DNA of 64,000 nucleotides from positions 276 through 64,275 of IMG/VR virus record IMGVR_UViG_3300033145_002563. One strand, given 5' to 3'. Of this stretch, positions 20,186-30,302 are shown piece after piece. Under the pieces are notes generated by a model, which was not told where the DNA came from, made no database searches, and saw only the letters and a program-made list of their open reading frames with translations. How positions within the stretch are numbered: position 1 is the first letter of the stretch; each line of letters starts with the position of its first letter. The position numbers and the translations under genes are program-made. Source of the stretch: a virus.

Positions 20186-21283
20186 TTAGTCCTGAATAGT
20201 TTCCCCTTGACCAAAAGCATCAAGTAATTTATGAAATCTTTTCATTCTTACAACAGAAGAATTTCCTCTAAGCTCCTTTAATATCCCTGACCTAGTTTTG
20301 AAATAAGCCAAAGGATTTTCATACTTAAAAGGCATTAGAAAGTCCTTTTTAGTTAGTCTCTCAATATAAGGAAGAATATAACCAAAAGACTTAGCCGAAG
20401 TATGATTTAAAAAATTCACAATTCTTCTCTCACCTTCTGTTGTATGCTTCTTATAATCCTCTAACCTTCCATCTGGATCAGGTCCCCTGAAGAAAGAAGA
20501 CAAAGGATGATTATCCTGTTTTATTAGATCATTTGAAAAGGAAATTCCTAAATAATCAGCAACCTTTTCCATTTCTTCTTGAGGGGAATGTACCAAATCC
20601 TCATATCTTACAACATAGTATTTCTCGCTTCCTAGTATCTGACGATTTAATATGGCCAACTCTAAACTTACCATACCAATCTCAGAATGAGTCAAAACAA
20701 AATTGTCGAAAGTTCTAAACCATCTCCATATCCTTGGTCTCCGCATTTTAGCTGAAATATATCTTGTTCTTGGATCTCTAACAATATGCAAAAACTTAAT
20801 CTCATTTCTTTTAGAAGCTTCATTTAAAACCAAAGCTCCCATCTCATGTTCCAATGGTCGTTTAACAACGAAAGTAGACTTGTTCCCAGGAAAAGTTGGA
20901 GGAAGTCCTGCAAGTAAACTCGCTGCATATACACTCCTAAGTCGAAACCCCAACGACCCTAAAATACTTCGATACTCAGAAACAAACCTCCTCCTATCTA
21001 TATCAGGTCGTTGATAATTACTCTTTCCATACACTCTCTCTAGATAAGAAGAATGTTCCTTAGCTGTATTGTTATCAGTCAGAGCTAAAATCTCAAATGT
21101 ATTTAAGTAATCCCTATGAAAGAATCTTGTTGCCTCTTCCTTACCTCTGTTATTGTAGTAAAGCCAGTATCTCAGAATACTGCTCTCACCCGGAAAAACA
21201 GTCGTTTCTGGATGTCCATCGAGTAGATTGGATAACAAAGTCGTCCCACTTCTTGGTGCTCCACAGATGAAACAAAATTTCAC
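20186..21283 (-). CDS. Sulfotransferase (Sulfotransfer_3-like)
   Basis: GAPRSGTTLL 5'-PSB loop, HIVRDPR, VRYEDLV. Confidence 0.9.
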   Translation of the reverse strand: MKFCFICGAPRSGTTLLSNLLDGHPETTVFPGESSILRYWLYYNNRGKEEATRFFHRDYLNTFEILALTDNNTAKEHSSYLERVYGKSNYQRPDIDRRRFVSEYRSILGSLGFRLRSVYAASLLAGLPPTFPGNKSTFVVKRPLEHEMGALVLNEASKRNEIKFLHIVRDPRTRYISAKMRRPRIWRWFRTFDNFVLTHSEIGMVSLELAILNRQILGSEKYYVVRYEDLVHSPQEEMEKVADYLGISFSNDLIKQDNHPLSSFFRGPDPDGRLEDYKKHTTEGERRIVNFLNHTSAKSFGYILPYIERLTKKDFLMPFKYENPLAYFKTRSGILKELRGNSSVVRMKRFHKLLDAFGQGETIQD

Positions 21284-21370
21284 CTTGTCACCTCTCCTGA
21301 CAATCTTCTACTTGCTTCATCAACTCTTTCTTGAACAATCTCAAAACCTAAAAATTTTCTTCCTAATTTC

Positions 21371-22303
21371 TTACCACTCATACTTGCACCTTTTCAAAAT
21401 ATCCTCAGCTCTTTCCCTAAACCACTCCTCTTGCTCTTTACTAAAATAATCTCTCCAATCATAAACCCTACCACTGTAAGTAGAACGATCCCTTGAACCT
21501 GTCCGTCTATTCAAATTCTTTCTCAAGTTTCCTTTCCGCTTTGTCTTTCTTTCTTCTTTCTCTACCAAATCTTTTGGATTGAGGCTATCTCTTATTCCAA
21601 GAAAATCAAGAACAGCCCCAAGATATACAGAAGTTACCCGTTTCAACTCCTCATAACGAAGAAGGTATGTTTGGCGGGTATCTAAAAAGCGCCTATTCTC
21701 TCTATGATACTCTAACCATCCCTCAACCCATGGAACATAGTACGAAGACACTACTTCAAGATTATGCCACATACCCTCCTCTAAAGACTTTTCGTTATAC
21801 CATTTGTAACACCAACTATTTCTATCAGTCTTCTCATGAATATAACGAGACACCGCCATGTTTCTTAAATCTCGTATAAGGATAATCGTTTTAATCTTGT
21901 TCCTTTCTAACAACTCCAAGTTATTTTCTGTCGGATTTGTATGAAGTTTTAAGACCGTATACTTACTTTTAGGAATAGCATCAAACATCTCTTGGCTTAA
22001 CTCATGTGTCCATTTTTCTGCCTGACTAAGCATAAGAGGTCTTAAAACACCAGGACATGGATTGTAACCAGGAATGTGGCAAAGTAAAGAAAAAAGCCAA
22101 GTGCTTCCACTTTTAGGAAGCCCAGCAATATGAATAATATTTTCAGGCCAAGAGAAAGATCTCAAATCATTATGTAGATCAAGGAAAATCTCCTTCACTA
22201 TGTAAGGAATAACCATAGGATTCTGCCATAGAATCGGAAGTTTCTTAAAGTTTTCTACTAAGATCTGTCTCACAGTTTCTCCAATAGCTCTACAATCTCG
22301 CAA
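21371..22303 (-). CDS. Sulfotransferase (Sulfotransfer_1-like)
   Basis: GLPKSGSTWL, IRDLRNMAVS, LRYEELK, SGRVYDWRDYF. Confidence 0.88.
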   Translation of the reverse strand: MRDCRAIGETVRQILVENFKKLPILWQNPMVIPYIVKEIFLDLHNDLRSFSWPENIIHIAGLPKSGSTWLFSLLCHIPGYNPCPGVLRPLMLSQAEKWTHELSQEMFDAIPKSKYTVLKLHTNPTENNLELLERNKIKTIILIRDLRNMAVSRYIHEKTDRNSWCYKWYNEKSLEEGMWHNLEVVSSYYVPWVEGWLEYHRENRRFLDTRQTYLLRYEELKRVTSVYLGAVLDFLGIRDSLNPKDLVEKEERKTKRKGNLRKNLNRRTGSRDRSTYSGRVYDWRDYFSKEQEEWFRERAEDILKRCKYEW

Positions 22304-23649
22304 TCAGATTTGAACTCAAGATAGTTTCGTATAAATCCTTTACAAGCATCTTTACTTGGCCAAGGTGGCTCATCCAAACAGGCAGAAAACTCCTCAGGAG
22401 AAAACGTTTTAACTAGTAAATCAGATACTCCATCCAAAGGATTCATACTAACAAAAGAGTTTAAATAAGGACAAATAACAGGAAGACCAACAGCAATTGC
22501 CTCAATTGCTGCAGAAGATTCTGTAGTGATGACAGCTTTTCGCCCCATCAATTCGTCCCTCATCAGACTTCCCTTCTGACAAACAAGACTCATATCTCTA
22601 CCTCTAAATCGAAGACAAGAATCTGGATGGGGTTTAATCCTCAAAGACCTAGATACTTTGCCGCAATAACGCAGAAAAGTAAGTAGTTCTCTACTTTGTC
22701 CATCTGTAGAGCCCAAAACCACGAGAGGGAGGCCAAAGGAAGAAAAAACTCCCATTTTAACATCACCTAGATACTGATATCTCAGAGTTCCAGATATAAA
22801 AAGTCTTCCATTATCAATTGATCCCTCCATTAACTCATAGGGAATTCTTCCAGGAACCCCCAAAAAATCTGGTCTAGGCATCTCCATAACCTCAGAAGAA
22901 TGATAGAAATTATTCAATGCATTCAAAGGCAGTGTTGAATGAGCCAACCCTATAAGTTTTCTTCCCGAACGTGATAAAGAAAAACACATCGCTTTCTCCC
23001 ACGCCAGTCCTTCATACGGATAGATGACTTTTTTTACATCAGGAAAAGAGCAATCTATATTTCTAAAGATTCTTTCATAAAACTGACCTTCCACCAAAAC
23101 GTTCCCAAAAAAAGATCTCCAAAACTCTTCTCTAAAAAATCTATAGTTTCGTCCCAACAAACTTTTTATCTTAACTAACCTAAACAAAAAAACCAAAGCT
23201 ATTCGGAGAGAATTTCTACACACAAGGAAGAAATCCATAACTTCCAAAAATTCATATAAACACCGTGGTCCTTTTGGCTTACTATTTCTTGTAGGTATGT
23301 AAATCCAGTTTGCTTTTTTCATTCCTCTCAATGATTTGAATATGTTCCCACAGTAAGAAATAATTAGAATCTCTCCTTGGACAATCCCACAAGCATGCTG
23401 CACCTTCATCTTATAGTGTAAACATCTAAAAAAGAAAATGAGATAGGTTCCAACAGCTGACATCAAACACCGAAGGGGCAGAAAAGGATCCCCTCCAGGC
23501 TTCAATCCTTTTACTAAGTTATGATAGGTTCTTGACTTAATTGTATTCTTCTCATGAACTAAAGAATACCACCAAGCAGAACCAAAAAAAGGCTGAAGCT
23601 CTTTTCCTATATCAGCTACAAATTTAAGATACTGCTCCCTGGTCATCAT
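22270..23649 (-). CDS. Surface-carbohydrate biosynthesis protein
   Basis: YPYEGLAWEK, GLAHS, SGTLRY, IKPHP, SSAAIEA motifs. Confidence 0.6.
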   Translation of the reverse strand: MMTREQYLKFVADIGKELQPFFGSAWWYSLVHEKNTIKSRTYHNLVKGLKPGGDPFLPLRCLMSAVGTYLIFFFRCLHYKMKVQHACGIVQGEILIISYCGNIFKSLRGMKKANWIYIPTRNSKPKGPRCLYEFLEVMDFFLVCRNSLRIALVFLFRLVKIKSLLGRNYRFFREEFWRSFFGNVLVEGQFYERIFRNIDCSFPDVKKVIYPYEGLAWEKAMCFSLSRSGRKLIGLAHSTLPLNALNNFYHSSEVMEMPRPDFLGVPGRIPYELMEGSIDNGRLFISGTLRYQYLGDVKMGVFSSFGLPLVVLGSTDGQSRELLTFLRYCGKVSRSLRIKPHPDSCLRFRGRDMSLVCQKGSLMRDELMGRKAVITTESSAAIEAIAVGLPVICPYLNSFVSMNPLDGVSDLLVKTFSPEEFSACLDEPPWPSKDACKGFIRNYLEFKSDCEIVELLEKL

Positions 23650-24622
23650 GACTTGCCTTTACTGCATCTAAAAGTCCCGCCCCTAAATCATAGTACCTGC
23701 TACTTATATACTTCTTTACTATTTCAGGTTGGAAAACATATGGAGTCACTTCATAGTGGTCAGAACAAGTCTCCCCTCTAAACTCAATCGAGTATTCTTC
23801 CCCCAGAATATCCTTCAATGTCCCCACCAAATCTTTTGATTTAACAGGACAAACCCCCGTCAACACCACGGCAGAATTCTCAAACTCTACTTTATCTAAC
23901 AACTCAACAGAACATCTTGCGACGTCACTGACATGTATATACTCTCTAACCTCTTCGCCTGTACCATAATAGGAAATAACTTTTGTTTCCAATGCATGAT
24001 CAATTATCTTTTTTATAGAATTATTCCCCTTCGCACCTGAACCATAGATAGTTCCATACCGTAAAATAATATGAGGAAAACCAAACTTTCTCGAATAGTA
24101 TCTCGTCCACTCCTCACAATTCCTTTTTGAAATTCCATATGGTCCCGCCTTGTCATTATAAACATACACCGAAGAAGCAAAAACAAACTTTGGAATAACT
24201 TTCTCAATAAATGCTTTCTGTATTTCAATAAGATCTGCTATACTTTGTAAGATATACTGATTGCCCAATACATTCTTTCTTAAGGCATCAAAAGGTCTCT
24301 TATCACAGTCTGCAATATCAGAAATTGCAGCAAAATTAAAAACAACCTGTGGTTCCCATGAACAGATAAAATCACTCACTTTCGCTTGATCCATCATACT
24401 GCCTGCAACATATTGATAAGAACCCTTCTTGTCTCTTGAGCATAACCAAGTAACTTCTGTAATCGGATGAGTACTAAAGTTTGCTACATCGTGCCCACAA
24501 GACAATAACTCCATAATAACATGACTTCCGATGAACCCCGATCCCCCCACAACTAATACTTTCACTTTTTGTATTCCTTCTTCAATCTCCGATAAACAGC
24601 CATAAAAGATTCTGGATGCCAC
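23624..24622 (-). CDS. NAD-dependent epimerase/dehydratase
   Basis: GGSGFIGSH; YGISK; LRYGTIYG; REYIHVSD. Confidence 0.9.
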   Translation of the reverse strand: MASRIFYGCLSEIEEGIQKVKVLVVGGSGFIGSHVIMELLSCGHDVANFSTHPITEVTWLCSRDKKGSYQYVAGSMMDQAKVSDFICSWEPQVVFNFAAISDIADCDKRPFDALRKNVLGNQYILQSIADLIEIQKAFIEKVIPKFVFASSVYVYNDKAGPYGISKRNCEEWTRYYSRKFGFPHIILRYGTIYGSGAKGNNSIKKIIDHALETKVISYYGTGEEVREYIHVSDVARCSVELLDKVEFENSAVVLTGVCPVKSKDLVGTLKDILGEEYSIEFRGETCSDHYEVTPYVFQPEIVKKYISSRYYDLGAGLLDAVKASHDDQGAVS

Positions 24623-24649
24623 TGATTCTTTGTATGTAAAAATCCAACT

Positions 24650-24868
24650 CTAGGAGAACAAATACTGTTCGCTATCTTCCTCAGCTTCTTCGCTACTATT
24701 CCTCTCACACTTTATTACTTCTCCTCCAGGTTCATACATTCTATATTCAATATCACCAACAGCCATAATTGTTTGAGGCCAAATCAAACTAGAAAACTCT
24801 CTACAAGGAATATCAACGACAGAAGGAAACACTAAAAGCAAAAACACAACTACTATGATTCTAAACAT
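24650..24868 (-). CDS. Small secreted/membrane hypothetical protein
   Basis: Hydrophobic N-terminus; overlaps the upstream gene stop. Confidence 0.45.
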   Translation of the reverse strand: MFRIIVVVFLLLVFPSVVDIPCREFSSLIWPQTIMAVGDIEYRMYEPGGEVIKCERNSSEEAEEDSEQYLFS

Positions 24869-25701
24869 TCTTTCAATCCCTTCACCAGATTAGAAACTGC
24901 CATACGTTCCATTGCCGTCCTTGCTTCCACAGTACTTGAAGCAATATGGGGAGTAAGAATCACATTTGGATCAAAACTTCTAACCAAAAAATCATGGTTC
25001 ACATCAGAGGCGAACCCAGCAAGTTTTCCATCTCTTAGAGCACGAGATACAGCAGTTTCATCAATACATCCACCACGAGCGGTGTTTACAAGATAGCTTC
25101 CTATTTTCATCTTCAATAATTCTTTATCACCAACAACGCAATCATTTCCAGATACATGAATAGATACAATATCAGAACGCTCAAATAACCGTTCCAAATC
25201 CCTATCAAAGCAATTTTTCACGTCATACATAAAAACCTCGCAACCAAAAACTATCAATGAAAAAGCAAGTCTTTCTCCTATCCGCCCACAACCAATAACC
25301 CCTACAGTCATACTACTAAGATTCCTACCTTTTGCATTACTTCTCATCAAATCTAGAATAAGTTTAATGGTAAACTCTACCACCGCATCAGTCAACTCTC
25401 TACAAGGAGTAGTATAGACTTTAACTCCTCTCTTCTTACATTCTTCAAGATCAATATTATCGAGTCCCACTCCAACTCTGCTAATCACTTTTAGTTCAGA
25501 CCACTCAGCCACATCAAATGGCCTAGTATCAAGAATTACTCCTTTATCAGTGCCATACGTCTTACTACTCAATCCAACATCTAACAAAGCGTCGTAAATT
25601 TCTTCCTCTTTGACTATTCTAAGATTCTCCAGTATCCTAATCATCTTCCATACCCCACCAAATTTCTTCTTAACCACCATTCTATCTGACCGAGTTGCCA
25701 T
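24853..25701 (-). CDS. D-isomer-specific 2-hydroxyacid dehydrogenase (PGDH-like)
   Basis: SRVGVGLDNID, GCGRIG, LVNTARG, LTPHIAS. Confidence 0.9.
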   Translation of the reverse strand: MATRSDRMVVKKKFGGVWKMIRILENLRIVKEEEIYDALLDVGLSSKTYGTDKGVILDTRPFDVAEWSELKVISRVGVGLDNIDLEECKKRGVKVYTTPCRELTDAVVEFTIKLILDLMRSNAKGRNLSSMTVGVIGCGRIGERLAFSLIVFGCEVFMYDVKNCFDRDLERLFERSDIVSIHVSGNDCVVGDKELLKMKIGSYLVNTARGGCIDETAVSRALRDGKLAGFASDVNHDFLVRSFDPNVILTPHIASSTVEARTAMERMAVSNLVKGLKECLES

Positions 25702-26450
25702 TCATAATCAATATCTAGGGCAGGATCCTTCTGCTTATAACCCAAAATCTTCGGACCCAACCACCTTTGAGGCAACATACCACCTTCGATAAACTCTAAA
25801 CATTCAGGAGTGACTACAGCACACGAACAATCATAGAACCAAGCATCATCTCCCGAGTCTCTGTTACAATCAACTCCATCCATAATATCAGGACAGAAAG
25901 GAAGAAGCCACCCTTCACTTCTCCTAAGTGTAATAATAACCCTAGCTCGATAAGGAGAAAACATATTATACCTACTGACAGTACAAATAGAACTATACTG
26001 GCTCCTTTTCTCTTTCATAATTGCAATCATTTTGCTGATCATTTCCGCCGTGATGCAAGGGGCATTCGCAAACATAAGAACTACCAACTCAAATGGCTGG
26101 ACCACAGCAAATCCAGTATCACCACCAATAATACAATCTTTAATCCACTTATAAGCATGAACAAACACATCTTCTGCTAAAGCCTCATCAGTAGCAAGCT
26201 CCGACGGTCTATTGATTACAGTTGCTCCATGATATTCAGCTAAGTACTCCAACTCTCCATCTTCTGTGGAAAAGAAAACTTCATCAACCTCTTTACAACC
26301 CCTTGCAGCAGAAATAGGATAACTCATTAAAGGAGATCCATTCAATTCGTAAACATTTTTCCTAGCAAAACCTTTACTACCACCTCGTCCAATCACAATT
26401 GCTGGGACCATTTCCCCTCCTTTATCACTTCCGCTGTGCGCAAAAAGCAC
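25641..26450 (-). CDS. Second acylneuraminate-type cytidylyltransferase (probable start MVPAIV)
   Basis: GRGGSKGFARKN, STEDGEL, NRPSELATD, DIDYEWQ. Confidence 0.85.
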   Translation of the reverse strand: MLFAHSGSDKGGEMVPAIVIGRGGSKGFARKNVYELNGSPLMSYPISAARGCKEVDEVFFSTEDGELEYLAEYHGATVINRPSELATDEALAEDVFVHAYKWIKDCIIGGDTGFAVVQPFELVVLMFANAPCITAEMISKMIAIMKEKRSQYSSICTVSRYNMFSPYRARVIITLRRSEGWLLPFCPDIMDGVDCNRDSGDDAWFYDCSCAVVTPECLEFIEGGMLPQRWLGPKILGYKQKDPALDIDYEWQLGQIEWWLRRNLVGYGR

Positions 26451-27400
26451 CCATCACAGGCCTCTATTCTATGAGCATATCCATAACTATGTCCCATCCT
26501 CATATTAATCATAGTTTCAGAAAACCATGCATCACTAATCGACATTTCCGGAAACGTTCCTAACTTGGCCTTCAAACGATCATCATGATTGCAAGGTAAG
26601 ATCGTCCCATCCCACAGGATACTTAGTCTCTGCCATAATTGGGGACAGGACCAATCTGATATTAAATTATACACACGAGAATGCATACTCTTGTAGTCAA
26701 TGTAAGATACTTCATCAGCCAAGGGCCAAAATGTTCCATAGTATTTCTGTAAATCAATTCCTGGAAGATCTACAGTCTGTATTCGTATCTTTGTTTTATA
26801 ATGCCAAACAGCACAAATAGCTCTAAACTCAGCAATCTTCTCAACCACCTTATCATAATTAGCCCCCACTCTATTTCCTTCATATGTTTCTTTACTATGC
26901 CCATCAACACTGAAACTTATTCTATCCAGTCCAGCATCCAACAAAGCCTTAGATTTACCTTCTGTAAGTAAAGTACCATTAGTATTCAAATACACATCTA
27001 TCAATCCCTTAAATTTTGCATAAGCTACCATTCTTGGCAGCCCTTTATGTAGCAAAGGTTCCCCTCTGCCAATTGTATGAAACTTAATACCAAAACAATT
27101 ATTACTTGCCGCCTCATCTATTATCCTCTGATAAAGTTTCCAAGAAATGAATCCTTTTCTGAAATCTCCATGCGTCTGTGCACAATATGGACATTTTAGA
27201 TTACAAGCAGAAGTAGCTTCCACATCAAGGAATAAAGGAAAATCTTCTACTATAAAATTCTTTGGATTCTCGTGCCATTTCGTTCTATACTCTTGATACT
27301 TTCCTCCTCTATCCAACTCGCTAATATCCTGACCCTTAAGGGTGTGGTAATTTGTGTTGATATTGTCCATCTTTGTATCCTTTACTTTTAGAGAAATCAC
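26393..27400 (-). CDS. Radical SAM/SPASM (twitch) protein
   Basis: CNLKCPYC, GRGEPLLH, NTNG, CPQLW...PCNHD...CDGC. Confidence 0.9.
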   Translation of the reverse strand: MISLKVKDTKMDNINTNYHTLKGQDISELDRGGKYQEYRTKWHENPKNFIVEDFPLFLDVEATSACNLKCPYCAQTHGDFRKGFISWKLYQRIIDEAASNNCFGIKFHTIGRGEPLLHKGLPRMVAYAKFKGLIDVYLNTNGTLLTEGKSKALLDAGLDRISFSVDGHSKETYEGNRVGANYDKVVEKIAEFRAICAVWHYKTKIRIQTVDLPGIDLQKYYGTFWPLADEVSYIDYKSMHSRVYNLISDWSCPQLWQRLSILWDGTILPCNHDDRLKAKLGTFPEMSISDAWFSETMINMRMGHSYGYAHRIEACDGCFLRTAEVIKEGKWSQQL

Positions 27401-27447
27401 AATCCACAGCCCCGTCTATCACTCTTTCATACAAGTCAGTACTCCAT

Positions 27448-27566
27448 GTGACTATTCCGTCAGCTAAAGCAGACGGCTTCTACGGATACGCCGAGAGTCT
27501 GTAGCCCCAGACTCAAACGGGCTTTCATCTGCCAGCTAAAGCAGGCAGTCTCCCCGCACGTATTTA
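27448..27566 (-). mobile_element. 119-bp TnpB-type IS200/IS605 MITE
   Basis: Near-identical to 46162-46280 and 47885-48003; TTAC before the left end; retains the tnpB 3' tail and right-end hairpin. Confidence 0.9.
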
Positions 27567-27644
27567 GTAAATTCAATTCTCTTGTATGTTGCGAGTAGTC
27601 GTACATAAGAGCAGCGCAGGCCGCAGACTGTGATTCTCCTCCTA

Positions 27645-28025
27645 TCAAAAATAACCTACAACAAAAAGTTGTAAAAAATGAACAAACTGATCGATAATAG
27701 TATATCTATTTACTATAACTTTGTCCCGTTTCTCCCAAGAAACTGTTCCTGTTGAGATTTTCCAAAGATCAGTTACAAAGTGACCAACAAAAAGAAACAA
27801 AACCTTCCAAAACGAGAAGATATGATAAGCAACTAAAACAAGGCAAATACACCCACTCCACATGAAACAATGAAATAAAAGAACAAGAAAACTTTTCGAT
27901 TTGTACCTACTAATAAAAGGGGAGCGAAGGATAACATCTCCATAAAAGTGAGCAAACAGAAGCCAAAAGTAAACCTCAACCGTTTTTGTTAGTATCATAA
28001 AACTCGCTCCAAGTCTCACTAACAA
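27645..28025 (-). CDS. DUF3307 family membrane protein
   Basis: AHFYGD...FH...HFVTD...DQFVH His/Asp pattern. Confidence 0.8.
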   Translation of the reverse strand: MLVRLGASFMILTKTVEVYFWLLFAHFYGDVILRSPFISRYKSKSFLVLLFHCFMWSGCICLVLVAYHIFSFWKVLFLFVGHFVTDLWKISTGTVSWEKRDKVIVNRYTIIDQFVHFLQLFVVGYF

Positions 28026-28240
28026 CTTCTATAAGAGAACCCCATCGTTCTTCCCACTCAACAAACTTACTTCTATCGCCCGTCTCCTCAAAATATTTCA
28101 AAGCTGCCATCCCATCAGCGATAGCCAAATCTAAAGAATCTATCTCTTTCATCGTATGGTTCCCCCATTCATTGATTCCTGCTCTTTCTTTCTCTGGGTA
28201 TCTACCAACACCATACTTCTCCTTGATAAAACGTCTTCCA

Positions 28241-28459
28241 TCATACGTCTATTTTTCTTTCTGGTCTTTCATCATTTTTAATCAAACAAAGCGAAAGTGT
28301 TTCCTTCTCTTCTACCACTTCCACTTCTTCACATTGAATAGATTTTTGCTCATCTAAAGCCCGAGATAGCCTTGTAAAAGATAGCCTTGTAAAAGCTAAA
28401 GCCCGAGACAGCCTTGTAAAAGCCGATGCCGCTTGTCGCACAGTCAATCCCAAACTCAC
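28241..28459 (-). CDS. Hypothetical protein with internal tandem repeat (FTRLSRAL)
   Basis: AGCCTTGTAAAAG three times at about 28368-28422. Confidence 0.45.
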   Translation of the reverse strand: MSLGLTVRQAASAFTRLSRALAFTRLSFTRLSRALDEQKSIQCEEVEVVEEKETLSLCLIKNDERPERKIDV

Positions 28460-29085
28460 TATCTACTACATACCTCACTAATTCCATTTTTCAAAGTAAC
28501 TTCAAAAATTTTATCAGCAGCAATAGAAAACAAAACATCCCCTACTATAATCATCTGAATATTCAATTCATCGCTTATCTCTTTCAGCATAGCTCCACAC
28601 TTCTTCTGATTTGATTCCCCACGGAGATGCTTAAAAGGCTCATCTAGAATAAGAACATTCCTCCTTCTTGGCCTCTCCAAGGACCACAAAGCTATACGGA
28701 GAGCAAAAGCAGCCACATCAACCTGTCCAATGCCTCCCGCTTCTGTAGGAGTTAATCTATTTCCTCCCCTTTCAAAAAAAAGATCACACTCAGTCTTCCC
28801 TCGTCGTAGAGTGAACTCTACCACAAAACCATAGGGATCTTCAAAGACTGAAGACAATGCTAAAGAGACAAGATCAGCAATCCTGCACTCCAACAACTGT
28901 TGAGTCTCTTGAGCAACAATACGAGCAATCTCACGAGCCTGCTCTATATCTTCTAAAGCCTCCTGAAGTTTAGCTCTCTTGTCCTTCTTCATATCCAGAG
29001 TTGTTTCCAGTTGAAGAAGTCTTCCCTTCTCCCTGGTCAACTTCTCTCTGGACTGTTTGACTTTCTCGCTGAGGAAGTTTTCCAT
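28459..29085 (-). CDS. sbcC: SbcC/Rad50 C-terminal half (signature and Walker B)
   Basis: N-terminal coiled coil, EAGGIGQVDVAAFALR, LILDEPFKHL. Confidence 0.85.
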   Translation of the reverse strand: MENFLSEKVKQSREKLTREKGRLLQLETTLDMKKDKRAKLQEALEDIEQAREIARIVAQETQQLLECRIADLVSLALSSVFEDPYGFVVEFTLRRGKTECDLFFERGGNRLTPTEAGGIGQVDVAAFALRIALWSLERPRRRNVLILDEPFKHLRGESNQKKCGAMLKEISDELNIQMIIVGDVLFSIAADKIFEVTLKNGISEVCSR

Positions 29086-29157
29086 GCCTCACACTATACT
29101 CCTCTAATTCACTTCTTTCCTGACTGACATACTCCCAAGGCTAAAGCTCTTGGGGTT

Positions 29158-30186
29158 CTAAGGTTGGCTTTGGATTGAAACCATTGCCTTTTGGCGGGTA
29201 TCAGTGCTCCGCTCTAACGCATCTCTGTCTACGATAGATAGATCGATGCTATTTGACTTTAATGCAATATTAAATCCGGCATTTCCATCAGCATGATCAA
29301 CGTGCCCGCAATGAGGACACTTAAATATTTTATCATTGCGATTGCCAAGAAAGCCGCAGCGACTACACGATTTTGAGGTATAGCATGGGTCAATCTTAAC
29401 AACTTTAACGCCTTGCAGCTTGGCTTTATATTCTATCATTTGTTTTAATTGATAGAATGACCAACTGTTCAAAGCATACTTAAAAGGTTTTTTTAATTTG
29501 GCTGTTTTTCTAATATCAGTTAAATCCTCTAAATTTATATTTGCATTTGATTCGATTGCAAATTGAACAATTTTTTTACTTATTTTGTGGTTTAAGTCTT
29601 TAACTATTCGGCTTTCACGGTCTTTGATTGTTTTAACTTTTTTATATTTACCTTTTTTCTGTAAATCTTTACGAATATTTTTATACTTTGTATGGATATG
29701 GTTTGCCTTTTTACCAAGTTTTATAACTTTGCCAGTTTGAGGATTAACAATAACAGCAGCATGGCCAGTTGTGTTTAAATCAACTCCAACCGCAATCTCT
29801 TTATTAATTATTTCTGATTCTATAATACTGACCGAAATAAATATAAACTGATTGTTGATTTCAATTTGATTTATCTTTTCAAAGTTGTTTAAATATTGAT
29901 AGGCAAAGGAAAATTTTAGGCATGGGATTGAGACCATTTTTTCTTTTCTATTAACTTTGATTCCTTGGTTTGGGATTATTAAATTAACATTATGAACCTG
30001 TTTAATTTTTCTATTTTTAACATATTTTCTAAGAATCTGATTAGAGATAATAGATTTTAGACCAAATTGCTTTACATATTTACTCGATAAAACATTATGC
30101 TCTATTCCAAATCGAGCTACCTGCTTGGCTTTTTTAAGCTCAGAACTAAAGTCTTTATTATGTTTTATTTTATATGTTAAAATCAT
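29158..30186 (-). CDS. tnpB: TnpB RNA-guided endonuclease (second, low-GC lineage)
   Basis: GVDLN, NLEDL and DHADGNAGFNI RuvC residues; CSRCG/CPHCG Zn finger. Confidence 0.93.
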   Translation of the reverse strand: MILTYKIKHNKDFSSELKKAKQVARFGIEHNVLSSKYVKQFGLKSIISNQILRKYVKNRKIKQVHNVNLIIPNQGIKVNRKEKMVSIPCLKFSFAYQYLNNFEKINQIEINNQFIFISVSIIESEIINKEIAVGVDLNTTGHAAVIVNPQTGKVIKLGKKANHIHTKYKNIRKDLQKKGKYKKVKTIKDRESRIVKDLNHKISKKIVQFAIESNANINLEDLTDIRKTAKLKKPFKYALNSWSFYQLKQMIEYKAKLQGVKVVKIDPCYTSKSCSRCGFLGNRNDKIFKCPHCGHVDHADGNAGFNIALKSNSIDLSIVDRDALERSTDTRQKAMVSIQSQP

Positions 30187-30302
30187 TTTCCTTTTTGACT
30201 TTCAATATATTTTTTTACAACATCTAAAGAAACTGCGCCGACTGTTGAAACAAATTTACTTCGTGTCCAGAGGCAAGGCAACCTGCTTTTAAGCCAAGGG
30301 AA
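30183..30302 (-). pseudogene. tnpA: C-terminal remnant of IS200 TnpA (Y1)
   Basis: Translates FPWLKSRLPCLWTRSKFVSTVGAVSLDVVKKYIESQKGK*; the upstream HuH part is missing. Confidence 0.85.

Larger units (their letters stand above)
29124..30302 (-). mobile_element. IS605-type element with truncated tnpA and intact tnpB; left end not resolved
   Basis: Right end GAACCCCAAGAGCTTTAGCCTTGGGAGTATGTCAG; tnpA tail coupled to tnpB by an ATGA overlap. Confidence 0.8.

Noticed and set aside
27460-27648. 62-aa ORF
   Set aside because: More than half is read-through into the MITE, including the tnpB tail LGLQTLGVS; not an independent gene as annotated
28355-28423. Short tandem repeat as a regulatory array or iterons
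   Set aside because: Irregular, in-frame duplications inside a small ORF; best explained by slippage
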